Positions 54,282 through 64,000 of a stretch of DNA of 64,000 nucleotides are shown here, piece after piece. The position numbers and the translations under genes were made by a program. The notes below the pieces were generated by a model. It made no database searches and was not told the DNA's origin. It saw nothing but the letters and a program-made list of their open reading frames with translations. Where the stretch lies: NCBI GenBank assembly GCA_963758525.1, contig CAVWVQ010000003.1:4977156-5041155 (forward strand), read 5' to 3'. How positions within the stretch are numbered: position 1 is the first letter of the stretch; the number at the start of each line of letters is the position of its first letter. Source of the stretch: an uncultured Phycisphaerales bacterium (GTDB lineage: Bacteria > Planctomycetota > Phycisphaerae > Tepidisphaerales > Tepidisphaeraceae).

Positions 54282-54354
54282 CGGCCCAGGCGATCATATC
54301 TGCGCGGGCCGCCTGCTGCACGGCTCTATGACCTTGCGCGATTACTCGCTTCCA

Positions 54355-54581
54355 AAAACCGTTTAGCGGCTGCCCGAAAGGGCAGCGCAGACAAATGAAA
54401 ACACGGTTCAATCGCAAGGCGTATCGGAACCGGTCGCAGGTGGAGACGGTCTTTTCAATGCTGAAGCGAAATCTGGGCTCAGCGTTACGTGCCCGAAGCC
54501 ATTGGGGCCGCTGCCGCGACCTGTTCTTGCGAGAGCTGACGAACGACATCGCTCGCGCGTTACTATGGGTTTTCTACAGAG
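54355..54581 (+). mobile_element. IS remnant: C-terminal fragment of a DDE transposase (IS4/IS5-like) with a possible right end
   Basis: YRNRSQVETVFSMLKR matches the Y-x2-R-x3-E-x6-K signature. GTTTTCTACAGAG at 54569-54581 is a plausible terminal repeat. The N-terminal part is absent. Confidence 0.7.
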
Positions 54582-54968
54582 TCCTCATGACCTCATGACC
54601 CCTTTTCTTTTCTGCCTTGGCATGAAAGAAGCAGAAGCTATCGGCGAGGTGATGAGGTGATGTCAAAAGATTTGGACCAGTCCCGCTATAAGTTTCCCTG
54701 CCCTGCCCGGAAGGTCAAGCGGGAGAACGCCGGGAGTCTGCACAACGGGAAGAGCTTCATGTGGGCGAGTGCTGCCCCTTCACTTCTGACGAGAGCCACG
54801 CCCTGCTCTAATGGGTCACGCAATCGAAGGTGAAGAGATGGCGACAACTCAATCAACAACACTCGAGGTTCGCGGGCTCGGCAAGCAGAAGACCGCCTGT
54901 CTTCGCTCATCGCCTCGCCGGGCTCCCAGTAACGTGGCGCGTAACCAATCGCCAACGTATCAACGCAA

Positions 54969-57900
54969 TCAAGCACGATTCTCGGACCACTGCTCGCTTA
55001 GCCGCTCGGCTTGTTTGATCACCGTCTCAACCGCCGCCTCCTGGCCGTCCGGCGGATACTTGTATTTCCGCAGGAGACGCTTGATCAACAACCGCATCTG
55101 CGCACGGACGCTATCCCGGACCTGCCAGTCGACCGACGTGCTCTGCCTCAGTTTCGCCGTGAGTTCAATCGCCAAGTCCTTCAGCGTCTTGTCGCTCATC
55201 TCTTCGAGAACCTGCGGACGTTCGGCCAAAGCGTCGTAAAAGGCGATCTCATCGCCGGACAAGCCCATCGATTCGTTCTTGAGGACTGCGGCTTTGAAAT
55301 CCTTCGCCATCGCGATCAGTTCTTCGATGACGGCTTTGGTCTCGATCGCTCTGTTGTGATATTTCCGCAGGGCCTCCAGCAGCCGGTCGCTGTATTTCTT
55401 CTCCTGCACGATGTTTCCGCGGGTGCTCGATTTGATCTCGTCGCGCATCAGCCGTTCCAGCAACTCGATCGCCAGGTTTTTCGCGGGCATTTTCCGCACG
55501 TCTTCCAGAAATTCGTCCGAAAGCAGTCCGATGTTCGGGCGCTCCACGCCCGCGAGTTTGAAGATGTCGGACACACCTTCCGAAAGAATCGCATTATCCA
55601 GAATCTGTTTCAGCGCCGAGTTCTTCGCTTCTTCCGTACGCTTCCGATCGACGACCGTGTTCTTCATCAACACCGCGCGCACCGCCGTGAAGAACGCGAT
55701 CTCCTGTTGCAGTGTGGCCGCCTCGTCCAGCGTCGCGCATAGGGAATACGCCCGCGTGACCGAGGCCATTACATCCAGAAACCGCTTCTTCCCGTCCGGC
55801 AGACTGAGCAGATGCTCCATCACCGGCACAAGAAGCGACAGCGGGCTGGTGTCGAAGTCGTCGTAATCGCAGCCGTGCATCATCCCGCGGATAATGTCCA
55901 TCTTCTCCCGGAGAATCCGCAGCCCGTCTTCCGCCCGCACCGTCGGCTGCCCCTTCCCCTTCGCGTCGGTGTAGGTTCGCAGCGCCGACTTCAATTCCGC
56001 CCCGATGCCGATGTAATCCACCACCAGCCCGCCGGGCTTGTCCTTGAAGACGCGATTCACCCGCGCGATCGCCTGCATCAAGCCGTGGCCGTGCATCGGC
56101 TTGTCGACGTACATGGTGTGACAGCATGGCGCGTCAAATCCCGTCAGCCACATGTCACGGACGATTACCATGCGCAGCGGGTCCTTCGGGTCCTTGAAGC
56201 GCTTCTCCAGCCGCTTCTTCTGCGCCTTGCTGAACACGTGCGCCTGAAGTTCCGGCCGGTCCGTCGCGTTGCCCGTCATGATCACGCGGACGGCACCGTC
56301 CTCCGGGTTGTATCCAATCTCCTTCCCATCCTGAACGATCTTCGACCCCGCCCACTCCGGCCGTAGCTTGACGATCTCGTCGAAGAGCGCGACGCAGATA
56401 TCCCGGCTCATCGCGACGATCATCGCCTTGCCTTCTATCGTCTTGGTTCGCGTCTCAAAGTGCACCACGAGGTCCGCCGCCACCTGCTCCAGCCGCGGCT
56501 TTGCGCCAACGAGTTTCGCCAGTTCCGCCCACTTGCTCTTGGCGTTCTCGCGGGCGGCGATGTCCTCCTCGTCCTCGATCACCTCGTCCACGTCCTGATT
56601 CAGTTCGTCGATCTTCGCCTGGTTGATGTCCAGCTTCGCCAGCCGGCTTTCGTAGTAGATCTGGACGGTCGCCTTGTCGTCCACCGCGTCCTGGATGTCG
56701 TAGACGCTGACGTACTCGCCGAACACGCCCCGCGTGTCCTTGTCGTCCAGCGCGATCGGCGTTCCCGTGAACCCGATGAACGACGCGTTCGGCAGCGCAT
56801 CGCGCATGTGCTTCGCATAGCCGTAGACGTACTGCCCGGTCTTCGTGTCCAGACGCGCCTTCAGTCCGTACTGGCTCCGATGCGCTTCGTCGGAAATGAC
56901 GACGACGTTCTTCCGGTCGCTGAGCACCGGGTGCGCCTGCTCCCCATCCAGCGGGGAGAATTTCTGCACCGTCGTGAAGATGATCCCGCCCGACTGCCGG
57001 CCCGCGAGCTTCTCCCGCAGTTCCTCCCGGCTGTCCGCTTGCTCCGGCCTCTGCCTCAGCAGTTCCTTCGCCATGCTGAACTGCCCGAAGAGTTGCCCGT
57101 CCAGATCGTTCCGGTCGGTTACGACGACGATCGTCGGGTTGTTCATCTCGGGCTGCTGCAGCAGCTTGCCGGCATACATCGCCATCGAGATGCTCTTGCC
57201 GCTTCCTTGCGTGTGCCAGAAGACGCCGCCCTTGCCGCTGCCGCTCTGCACCGCCTTCACCGTCGCCGCCACCGCCTCGCGCACGCCGTGGAACTGGTGA
57301 TAGCCCGCGATCTTCTTCGTGATCGTGTCCCCGTCCTGCTCGAACAGCACGAAGTAGCGCACGTAATCCAGAAACAAATCCGGCCGAAAGAATCCCCGGA
57401 CGACCTTCTCCAACTCAAACTCCAGCGCCGGCTGGTCCTTCGCGCCCGAGACCGTCCGCCACGGCATGTACCACTCTTTGCTCGCGGTCAGCGCCCCGAT
57501 GCGCGCATTGATCCCGTCGCTCACCACGATCGCCTCGTTGAAGACGAACAAATCCTCGATCTCCTCCTTGTACGTCTGAATCTGCGCGTACGCCTCCCAG
57601 ACGTCCGCGTTCACGTCGGCCGGGTTCTTCAGTTCCACCACGCCCAGCGGTAACCCGTTCACGAAGACGACAATATCCGGCCGCCGCGCCTTCTTTGTGC
57701 CGGTGATGGTGAACTGGTTCACAACGAGAAAGTCGTTGTTCGAAGGCGCCCGGAAGTCGATCAGCTGCGCGAAGTCGGTCTCCTTCTCCCCCTTGGCGTT
57801 CGTGTATTCGATTTTCACCCCGTCCGTGAGCATCCGGTGAAACGCCCGGTTGCTCTGGATCAGGCTGGGATGGTCGGACGTGGTGGCGATGTGAACGACG

Positions 57901-58100
57901 TCCTCAATCGCCGAGGCGGTGAGCTTCGGGTTCAGCCGCGCCACCGCTGCCGCGAGGCGGGCTTTCAACGCCGCCACGCGATAGTCCGCCCGCTCAGCCG
58001 CGAGGGCCTCCGGCGCAATGTCCGGGCCGGGGGAATACGACCAGCCGGTCTCCTGAAACCAGGTGAGGGCGAGTTGTTCGAGGTGGTCTTCGGTGATCAT
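54969..58100 (-). CDS. hsdR: Type I restriction endonuclease subunit R
   Basis: PD..(E)LK nuclease motif [45 protein letters not shown] and QAIARVNR. Intact, 1043 aa. Confidence 0.97.
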   Translation of the reverse strand: MITEDHLEQLALTWFQETGWSYSPGPDIAPEALAAERADYRVAALKARLAAAVARLNPKLTASAIEDVVHIATTSDHPSLIQSNRAFHRMLTDGVKIEYTNAKGEKETDFAQLIDFRAPSNNDFLVVNQFTITGTKKARRPDIVVFVNGLPLGVVELKNPADVNADVWEAYAQIQTYKEEIEDLFVFNEAIVVSDGINARIGALTASKEWYMPWRTVSGAKDQPALEFELEKVVRGFFRPDLFLDYVRYFVLFEQDGDTITKKIAGYHQFHGVREAVAATVKAVQSGSGKGGVFWHTQGSGKSISMAMYAGKLLQQPEMNNPTIVVVTDRNDLDGQLFGQFSMAKELLRQRPEQADSREELREKLAGRQSGGIIFTTVQKFSPLDGEQAHPVLSDRKNVVVISDEAHRSQYGLKARLDTKTGQYVYGYAKHMRDALPNASFIGFTGTPIALDDKDTRGVFGEYVSVYDIQDAVDDKATVQIYYESRLAKLDINQAKIDELNQDVDEVIEDEEDIAARENAKSKWAELAKLVGAKPRLEQVAADLVVHFETRTKTIEGKAMIVAMSRDICVALFDEIVKLRPEWAGSKIVQDGKEIGYNPEDGAVRVIMTGNATDRPELQAHVFSKAQKKRLEKRFKDPKDPLRMVIVRDMWLTGFDAPCCHTMYVDKPMHGHGLMQAIARVNRVFKDKPGGLVVDYIGIGAELKSALRTYTDAKGKGQPTVRAEDGLRILREKMDIIRGMMHGCDYDDFDTSPLSLLVPVMEHLLSLPDGKKRFLDVMASVTRAYSLCATLDEAATLQQEIAFFTAVRAVLMKNTVVDRKRTEEAKNSALKQILDNAILSEGVSDIFKLAGVERPNIGLLSDEFLEDVRKMPAKNLAIELLERLMRDEIKSSTRGNIVQEKKYSDRLLEALRKYHNRAIETKAVIEELIAMAKDFKAAVLKNESMGLSGDEIAFYDALAERPQVLEEMSDKTLKDLAIELTAKLRQSTSVDWQVRDSVRAQMRLLIKRLLRKYKYPPDGQEAAVETVIKQAERLSEQWSENRA

Positions 58101-58127
58101 AAACTCACGAATTGTATAGCGGCCACA

Positions 58128-59426
58128 TCAAACCGCCGTAGCCGCGAATCGAGGGTAAGGCTGAAAATTGAACTGACCGCCTGACGCGGCCTGTATGTAA
58201 GGTGCGAGTTGGTGGTGGTCTCTATTCGCCAACCTCCGATCGGTCGTCTGGCTGTTACCCTCAGCTAAAGTTACAGTTCGGAGAAGTTGGGGAGCGTTAA
58301 AGGCGGCAAGAAATGGGCGGATCAGGAGATCAAATGCTTCGTCGGCGCGGTCATATTGATCCGAATGTCCATAAGCCTCGACACAGAGATTTAGCGCCTC
58401 CGCAGTGCGGCCTTGCTGCGTAGCATGATCGACCACTTGCCTGACAGTTTGCGTGGTCGTGAGCCACTGATAGGTCTGTAGCGATGCGCTAAGTTGGACC
58501 ATAACTTGTGATACGTCGTGCAAATACCACGCCTGGAAAAGTCGGTTATTATCCGCCCGAGCATATTGGTCCATCGGCACCTTAACAGCGTCAGTCAGCA
58601 GAGCGTAGGCCTGAGGCCGGTCCCTTAGAAAGCCGAAAAGGCATTCCTGCGATCTTCCTGCCATATGAAGGTCACTGTAATACGCCGCATCGGTTGCAAT
58701 CAATTGCAAGACCTGCGCGGATCGCCGATCGAACATGATATACACAGCGCGCAGAAGACTCAGTCGGTGCAACTCCACAGTCGCATCCTGCGATCGGAAA
58801 GTTATTCGCCAAAGATTGCGAAATACATAGTCTTCAATTTCGCTACGAAAGTGTGGAAAATACTTGGCCTCTAGATACCGCTTCAGTTGGTCATATTGCG
58901 GTAGCGCCGGTGCGAGTTGGATGACATCGTTTGTGAAATCATCGAATACTCGCCGTCCGTACACCGGTGGCTTCGTTAACACCCCATCTAACACGTTGCG
59001 GATGTGAGCCCTTGATGTCTCAGGGTTAGGCTCGAACAGAGTTAGGGCAGCACCAAGCACGGGATGGGCACAGAGGTGTCGATGCCTCTGGAGAGCAACG
59101 AGATTGGCGTGGTCGTGTGCCTCAAGCATTTGAGTCCTGTTGCGGACCTCGGTCACCATGTCTGCTTCCCACGCGGGCGAGTTCGGGTTTGCCTGCTGTT
59201 GCGCTCTAATGTTGGTGAGAATCTGCTGAGCGATAGGGTCAGCGTACGCTTGCGCTAACTGCTCCAGTTTGAACACTAGATCCGCGACTGCAACCGTCCA
59301 AAGCATGACGATTGCTGCTCGATACGCACCGATGCTGTGGCATTTCAGAACGTCATCCATGTACGCTTTCGTTCGTGCATCGTAAATCTGGTGCAGTGCC
59401 GATTCCGCCGAGAAGTCACTGATCAT
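58128..59426 (-). CDS. Hypothetical protein with an N-terminal HEPN-like domain (RxxxxH), between hsdS and hsdR
   Basis: 432-aa ORF whose ATG overlaps the hsdS stop (ATGA). YRAAIVMLW helix and RHLCAH motif. Visibly more AT-rich than hsdR and hsdM. Confidence 0.75.
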   Translation of the reverse strand: MISDFSAESALHQIYDARTKAYMDDVLKCHSIGAYRAAIVMLWTVAVADLVFKLEQLAQAYADPIAQQILTNIRAQQQANPNSPAWEADMVTEVRNRTQMLEAHDHANLVALQRHRHLCAHPVLGAALTLFEPNPETSRAHIRNVLDGVLTKPPVYGRRVFDDFTNDVIQLAPALPQYDQLKRYLEAKYFPHFRSEIEDYVFRNLWRITFRSQDATVELHRLSLLRAVYIMFDRRSAQVLQLIATDAAYYSDLHMAGRSQECLFGFLRDRPQAYALLTDAVKVPMDQYARADNNRLFQAWYLHDVSQVMVQLSASLQTYQWLTTTQTVRQVVDHATQQGRTAEALNLCVEAYGHSDQYDRADEAFDLLIRPFLAAFNAPQLLRTVTLAEGNSQTTDRRLANRDHHQLAPYIQAASGGQFNFQPYPRFAATAV

Positions 59427-60736
59427 CGAATCTCCGTGGTGAGCCGTTGACAGTCCGGTGATGTAATTAGGTCGCCGCTCAGCAACTTCGGCAGCAGGGC
59501 GTCCCGGAGGGCGGCCAGAGTGCGGGATTCAAGCCCATTCTGCCGTATCCGTGCGAAGATTCCGGATGCGTGCCTGTCAAACGCAGAGACGACATGCGGC
59601 GGGGGAACGAGGACGCTTTGCTTCCCTACGAGTTCAATATTCAGGTTCCTTTGAACTGAACCATCCGCAATCTGTACCAGATGGGCCGCGAGTTCTCGCA
59701 GCACGTGGTAGAGGTAAATACGAGAACACCTCGCGTAGGTCCTTGAAGTAAAGCCATCCGTCATGGATGCATGCGTGAAGCTCTACGAAGATTGCCAATC
59801 CGCAAGTGGCGCTGTTGGAAAGAATGAGGTCACCAGGCGTAACAGGAACGCTTTTCATGGCGCCCGCGGCGGTCACCGTCTCTTTTGTCTCGAACAGAAA
59901 TGGACCATTGGCCGCCGTCGCGTCTGCGATCTTCACCCAAGGGATGCCTTCGCCCATGAAATCGTTGATCGGTCGCGGAGAGGAACCTCGCCCAAGACTG
60001 CATAGTGACTTCAGCGGCCTAATCTTCCATCCCTTCGGAATCTGTCCCAACGCCGAGTCTTCGAATTCTGACGGAAGCAGATCGGCGGTGGCGGGGTCTA
60101 TGCCGGCGGGGATTTCGCCGGCGGCTTTGGCTCGGACGGGGTCGAAGTCGACGAACCAGCTCTGGAAGAGCGCCGCGCCATCGCCTCCAGCGTCGCGTTC
60201 ATTCGACGGTTCAACTCGACCTTGTCATCCAACGTGCCGAGGATGTGGGCGACGGCTCGCTGTTCGTCCATTCCGGGGACGGCGAGCTTTGTTGCTTTGA
60301 GCGTGTCTGTGTTGAGTCGTCCAGTTCCATGTCCGGCGGAATCGACGCTCGCGAGCAACGCAGGTTTTCGTGCAAGAAGTGAGTAAGCGAGGAATCGTGA
60401 ATCCACACCCGCGACTGCTCGCAGCGCCCGAACATCTTGGTTAAATGCCGTGTCGCATGTTGTTAGACAGATCGGCACGTCATTGTGCAGAGTCATTCCC
60501 CGCACAAGCAACAGGATTGTGTCCTTTGGGACCAATCTACTTCCGTCGTCAACCGCCTCCTTGGTGACCTTATCCTCAATGTCCAAAGCGAAGAGCCGGA
60601 ACGATTTCATGTCTTTCGCACTTACCCACGGAATAGTGCCTCTCCAGAATCCCGGGTTTGATTTGGATGGAGTTCCTCCGGAATGAAAAGTCGCGCATTC
60701 GCCCAGCGTGCGTTCGTCCCAACGTTCACTTGCCAT
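59423..60736 (-). CDS. hsdS: Type I R-M specificity subunit S; two frameshifts
   Basis: TRD1 SGGTPSK...IPWVSAKD, spacer EQRAVAHILGTLDDKVELNRRMNATLE..ALFQSWFVDF, LGQIPKGW, TRD2 GSSPRPI and terminal LRDALLPKLLSG. Confidence 0.92.
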
Positions 60737-61476
60737 CTCCCACCCCCACAAGACGCTTTTTCTTGTCAGCCTTGAGCTTCCTTGCAGCTGCTTGCCTTAA
60801 CTTGTAATCACCCAATCGCTGTTCGGCCTCAAACAAAGGAAATATTGGCCGTAGTACCACACAAGGGTCTTTGAGAAGTTCTAAGTTGGTAGACAATCCA
60901 GCCCATAGAATGGTTGCACCGGTTATAGAGAACGCGTTCGCGCATTGGATTCGAGAAGGAGTCGGAACTTTGTTCATTGATTGTTGAAATGCCGAAATAG
61001 CTAACGCCGCGTCACCTGCGTGGGAAAGGGGATACGCTTTCTCAGAGCCACTAACGAAAGCCTCCCAAACGAACAGATTGCAATTTCCACTGATGAAATC
61101 CTTCCACTGCGTAGTCGCAGCGGCATCGGGAGTCAGCCGTTTTATTTCGCGGAGGACCCAAGCCAATGATTGAGTGCCTGTGGCTAGAACAGTGGCACCA
61201 GCTGCGGCCGTGAACGGTCGGTTGCCAGTCGCCTCCTCACACTCGCCGTCACGTGCGCAGGCCCAGCAGTGCCGGATCGTCTTCGACAGGAATGAACAAT
61301 GGACACTCGTAACCAAGGGCTACCGGATTTCCGCAGGCCAAATCGCCGGAGATCGCTTGTGCTAGGGACAGAGCATCCTGCGCTGACACGGTAACGTCCC
61401 GTGAAGAGACCCAGTGGAAATTTCCCTGGGATGCAGATCCTGCGTCCGCCACGTAGATCGTAATCTCATTCACCAT
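60726..61476 (-). CDS. Hypothetical protein, possible RNase H-fold (DUF429-like) nuclease, between hsdM and hsdS; one frameshift
   Basis: ORFs 61249..61491 and 60726..61316 join near 61260. Motifs IYVADAGS..GNFHW, VALGYECPLFIP, VWEAFVS and HAGDAALA. Overlaps both neighbours by 11 nt. Confidence 0.6.
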
Positions 61477-63169
61477 ATCCCAGCCCCCCAAGGTTCGCTT
61501 TGATCGCCGCTTCCAATTTCGCCGACTCCGCGAACTGGCCGTTCAGTTCCGCCACCAGCCGGGCCATCTTCTCCTCGAACGGTTCGCCATCGCCGGCGAC
61601 GTCTTCGGCGCCGACGTAGCGGCCGGGGGTGAGGACGTGGCCGTGGGCTTCGATGTCCTTGATCGTCGCGGACTTGCAGAAGCCGGGGATGTCGGAATAG
61701 GAAGAGCCCTCACCCCTGCCCTCTCCCGGCGTACCGGGCGAGGGGGAAAAGCGCTTCCAAGCGGCGAACGTGCCGGCGATGTTTTGTAGATCATCAGTCG
61801 TGAAGGCGCGGAGGACGCGGTCGACCATGTAGCCGACTTTGCGGGCGTCGATGAAGAGCGTTTCGCCGGAGCGGTCGCGGTAGTCGTTGCGTTTCTTTTT
61901 GGACTTGGTCAGGAACCAGATGCAGGCGGGGATTTGGGTGTTGGTGAAGAGCTGGCCGGGCAGGGCGACCATGCACTCGACGAGGTCGGCCTCGATGAGG
62001 GCTTTACGGATGTCGCCTTCGCCGCCGGAGTTGCTGGACATGCTGCCGTTGGCGAGCAGGAGCGCCAGCGAGCCGGTGGGGGCGAGGTGGTAGAGCATGT
62101 GCTGGAGCCAGGCGAAGTTGGCGTTGCCCTTCGGCGGCGTGCCGTACTTCCAGCGGGGGTCGCCTTCGAGTTTGCCGTCCCACCAGTCGGAGATGTTGAA
62201 CGGCGGGTTGGCCATCACGAAGTCGGCGCGGAGGTCGGGGTGGAGGTCGTTGGTGAAACTGTTGGCGGGTTCCTTGCCGAAGTTGAAGTCGATGCCGCGG
62301 ATCGCCATGTTCATCGCGGCCAGCCGCCAGGTGGTGGGATTGGATTCCTGCCCGTAGACGGACATGCTGCCGAGCTTGCCGCCGTGTTCTTTGATGAACT
62401 TCTCGGACTGGACGAAGAAGCCGCCGGACCCCATCGCCGGGTCATAGACGCGGCCACTGTACGGCTCGAGCATCTGGACGATCAGCGAGACGATCGATTT
62501 GGGCGTGAAGTATTGGCCGCCCTTCTTGCCTTCGGCGAGTGCGAACTGGCCGAGGAAGTATTCGTAGACGTGGCCGAGGATGTCCTTGGCGTGCAGGTCG
62601 GCGTGCTGGAAGGGGATGGTGGCGATCAGATCGATCAGGCCGGAGAGATTCGCGGGATCGATCTGAAGGCTCGTGTATCTCCGCTCCAGGACGTTTTTAA
62701 GCTTGGTGTTTTCCTTCTCGATCGCTTCGAGGGCATCATCGATCAGCTTGCCGGTTGAGCTGATTTTGTATTTGAACGACTTGCCGTTTTTGACGTCGAT
62801 CTCGGTGCCCTGCGGGAGCTTTGCGCTATCTTGTAACAGTTTCCAACGGGCGAGTGCGGGGACCCAGAAGACGTTCTTCTCGGCGTAGTAGTCGCGGTCT
62901 TCGAGCTCGGCGTGGACGGCGGCTTCGTACGCGCCGGCATCTTTGTATTCGGCCGGGTCGAGGAAGTAATCGCTGTTGGGATCGCGGAGCTGCTTTTCGA
63001 TTTCGTTCTGACGGATCGTGAAAGCGTCGGAGACGTATTTGAGAAAGATCAGCCCGAGGACAGCGTGCTTGTAGACGGCGGCGTCAAGGCTGGACCGGAG
63101 CTTGTCGGCGGCAGTCCAGAGCTTGCGGTCCAGTTCACGAAGGAACGATTGAGATTCATCGATGGTCAT
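61466..63169 (-). CDS. hsdM: Type I R-M N6-adenine methyltransferase subunit M
   Basis: LWTAADKLR, GQYFTP, motif I DPAMGSGGF, motif IV ANPPFN and LTPGRYVG. Confidence 0.97.
   Translation of the reverse strand: MTIDESQSFLRELDRKLWTAADKLRSSLDAAVYKHAVLGLIFLKYVSDAFTIRQNEIEKQLRDPNSDYFLDPAEYKDAGAYEAAVHAELEDRDYYAEKNVFWVPALARWKLLQDSAKLPQGTEIDVKNGKSFKYKISSTGKLIDDALEAIEKENTKLKNVLERRYTSLQIDPANLSGLIDLIATIPFQHADLHAKDILGHVYEYFLGQFALAEGKKGGQYFTPKSIVSLIVQMLEPYSGRVYDPAMGSGGFFVQSEKFIKEHGGKLGSMSVYGQESNPTTWRLAAMNMAIRGIDFNFGKEPANSFTNDLHPDLRADFVMANPPFNISDWWDGKLEGDPRWKYGTPPKGNANFAWLQHMLYHLAPTGSLALLLANGSMSSNSGGEGDIRKALIEADLVECMVALPGQLFTNTQIPACIWFLTKSKKKRNDYRDRSGETLFIDARKVGYMVDRVLRAFTTDDLQNIAGTFAAWKRFSPSPGTPGEGRGEGSSYSDIPGFCKSATIKDIEAHGHVLTPGRYVGAEDVAGDGEPFEEKMARLVAELNGQFAESAKLEAAIKANLGGLGYGE
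61706..61747. repeat. REP-like palindromic element inserted in frame in hsdM
   Basis: GCCCTCACCCCTGCCCTCTCCCGGCGTACCGGGCGAGGGGGA, translated as SPSPGTPGEGRGEG inside HsdM. Same stem as 37731-37772. Confidence 0.8.
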
Positions 63170-63673
63170 AAACAGAATTTCCTCGCGACTGGAAGAGAGC
63201 TGCTATCAAGGTCGTTCTCGTACTCAAAGATCTGCTCCATCGCCCGGCGGGGGTTAATGCCGAGGGTCTTCAACTCGATCTGGGCGCAGGGCACGTCGTT
63301 GATGAGCGGGACGACGTCGTAGCGATGGTGGCTGTTATTCGTGTTGATGCGCAGCTGGCTGATGACCTCAAAGCTGTTCTTGCACCAGTCGTTGATGTTG
63401 ACCAGCGTGTAATTGAGCGGGGTGCCGTCGTCGCGGGTAAAAGCATTGCGATTGCGGAGCGTGTGGGCGGCAGTGAAGACGTCGGGGGTGACGATTTCAT
63501 CCAGAAGCCGCTGGAACTCGGCGTCGGTGAGATTCGCGTGGTTGAGTGCCTGGAATTTTCCGCGGAAGTTCTGCTCCAGCGATTTGCGGTCGCGAATATC
63601 CGGCCGGTGCTCGTATTTCAGCGCGAAGCGTCTCGAGAAGTTCTTCTTCGAGTTGGCTTTCGGGCGAAGTCAT
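63166..63673 (-). pseudogene. hsdR: N-terminal remnant of a second, different type I hsdR
   Basis: Manual translation: MTSPESQLEEELLETL, frameshift, then KYEHRPDIRDRKSLEQNFR...DWCKNSFEVISQLRINTNNSHHRYDVVPLINDVPCAQIELK. Similarity ends near 63210 and the frame stops on the hsdM ATG. No helicase domain. Confidence 0.85.
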
Positions 63674-64000
63674 TGCGAGCTTTGAATCGAATTCATTTTG
63701 CGTTTGCGTCGCGGCATCGCTTTTTCGGGCGAGGCGTCTCTGCCTGCCGACATCGAGTCGCAAGCTCCTGATCACGCCGAAGTGGGTGGATCGACCCTCC
63801 AGGCACAACCCCACCCTCGCTGCGGTGATGCATTATGACCGGAAGCGGTCTTCAGGTCGATGTTTTGCCACGACAACGGCCACCGAGCTATGGATGTCGG
63901 GCCGATTTCGACCGCGGGCGCGGCTCAGGTAGCATCACTGCATGCCACTTCCGAAGCCGACAACGACGTACGTTCGCAATCGATTGAAATCGATCTCAGC

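Noticed and set aside
54838..55239. Plus-strand ORF starting MATTQSTTLEVRGLGKQK
   Set aside because: The start looks gene-like, but most of the ORF is antisense to hsdR. At best it is a short truncated relic and cannot be supported.
52938..57653. Long plus-strand ORFs 52938..54200 and 56460..57653
   Set aside because: They are antisense shadows of the sigma-54 activator and hsdR.
63674..64000. Short ORFs at the right edge
   Set aside because: No recognisable motifs; probably the upstream region of the hsdR remnant.
1..64000. CRISPR array, tRNA or rRNA genes
   Set aside because: I saw no regularly spaced repeat-spacer units or recognisable structural RNA genes by eye. A covariance-model scan was not possible.

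Overview
GC-rich bacterial DNA, most likely Planctomycetota (Phycisphaerae/Tepidisphaerales-like, inferred from E-x-L-E-x-R-R-L leaders, STQP/TTQP peptides and the porin type). It has four blocks. (1) 1-31136: a co-directional array of eight paralogous large secreted proteins (planctomycete leader, beta-helix or Gly-rich head, choice-of-anchor-Q-like region, Ig-like stalk), with one TPR-sulfotransferase gene inside the array. (2) 31328-37667: a four-gene operon of exported proteins (two CesT/YbjN-like lipoproteins, a lipoprotein subtilase, and a signal-peptide caspase-family C14 protease with a DUF4384-like tail). All four carry R-[G/D]-hydrophobic motifs in their linkers. This is my best candidate for an undescribed system, an extracytoplasmic Arg-directed proteolytic cascade. 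(3) 37926-54600: an acyltransferase, three porin paralogues, a two-component system, an RND pump, a chimeric junction, a truncated sigma-54 activator and an IS remnant. (4) 54969-63673 (minus strand): a type I R-M operon carrying two passenger genes (an RxxxxH HEPN-like protein and an RNase H-fold-like protein), preceded by a remnant of a different hsdR. Many unrelated genes have single-base frameshifts, most simply explained as sequencing or assembly errors. All domain calls come from motif recognition by eye; no searches were run.
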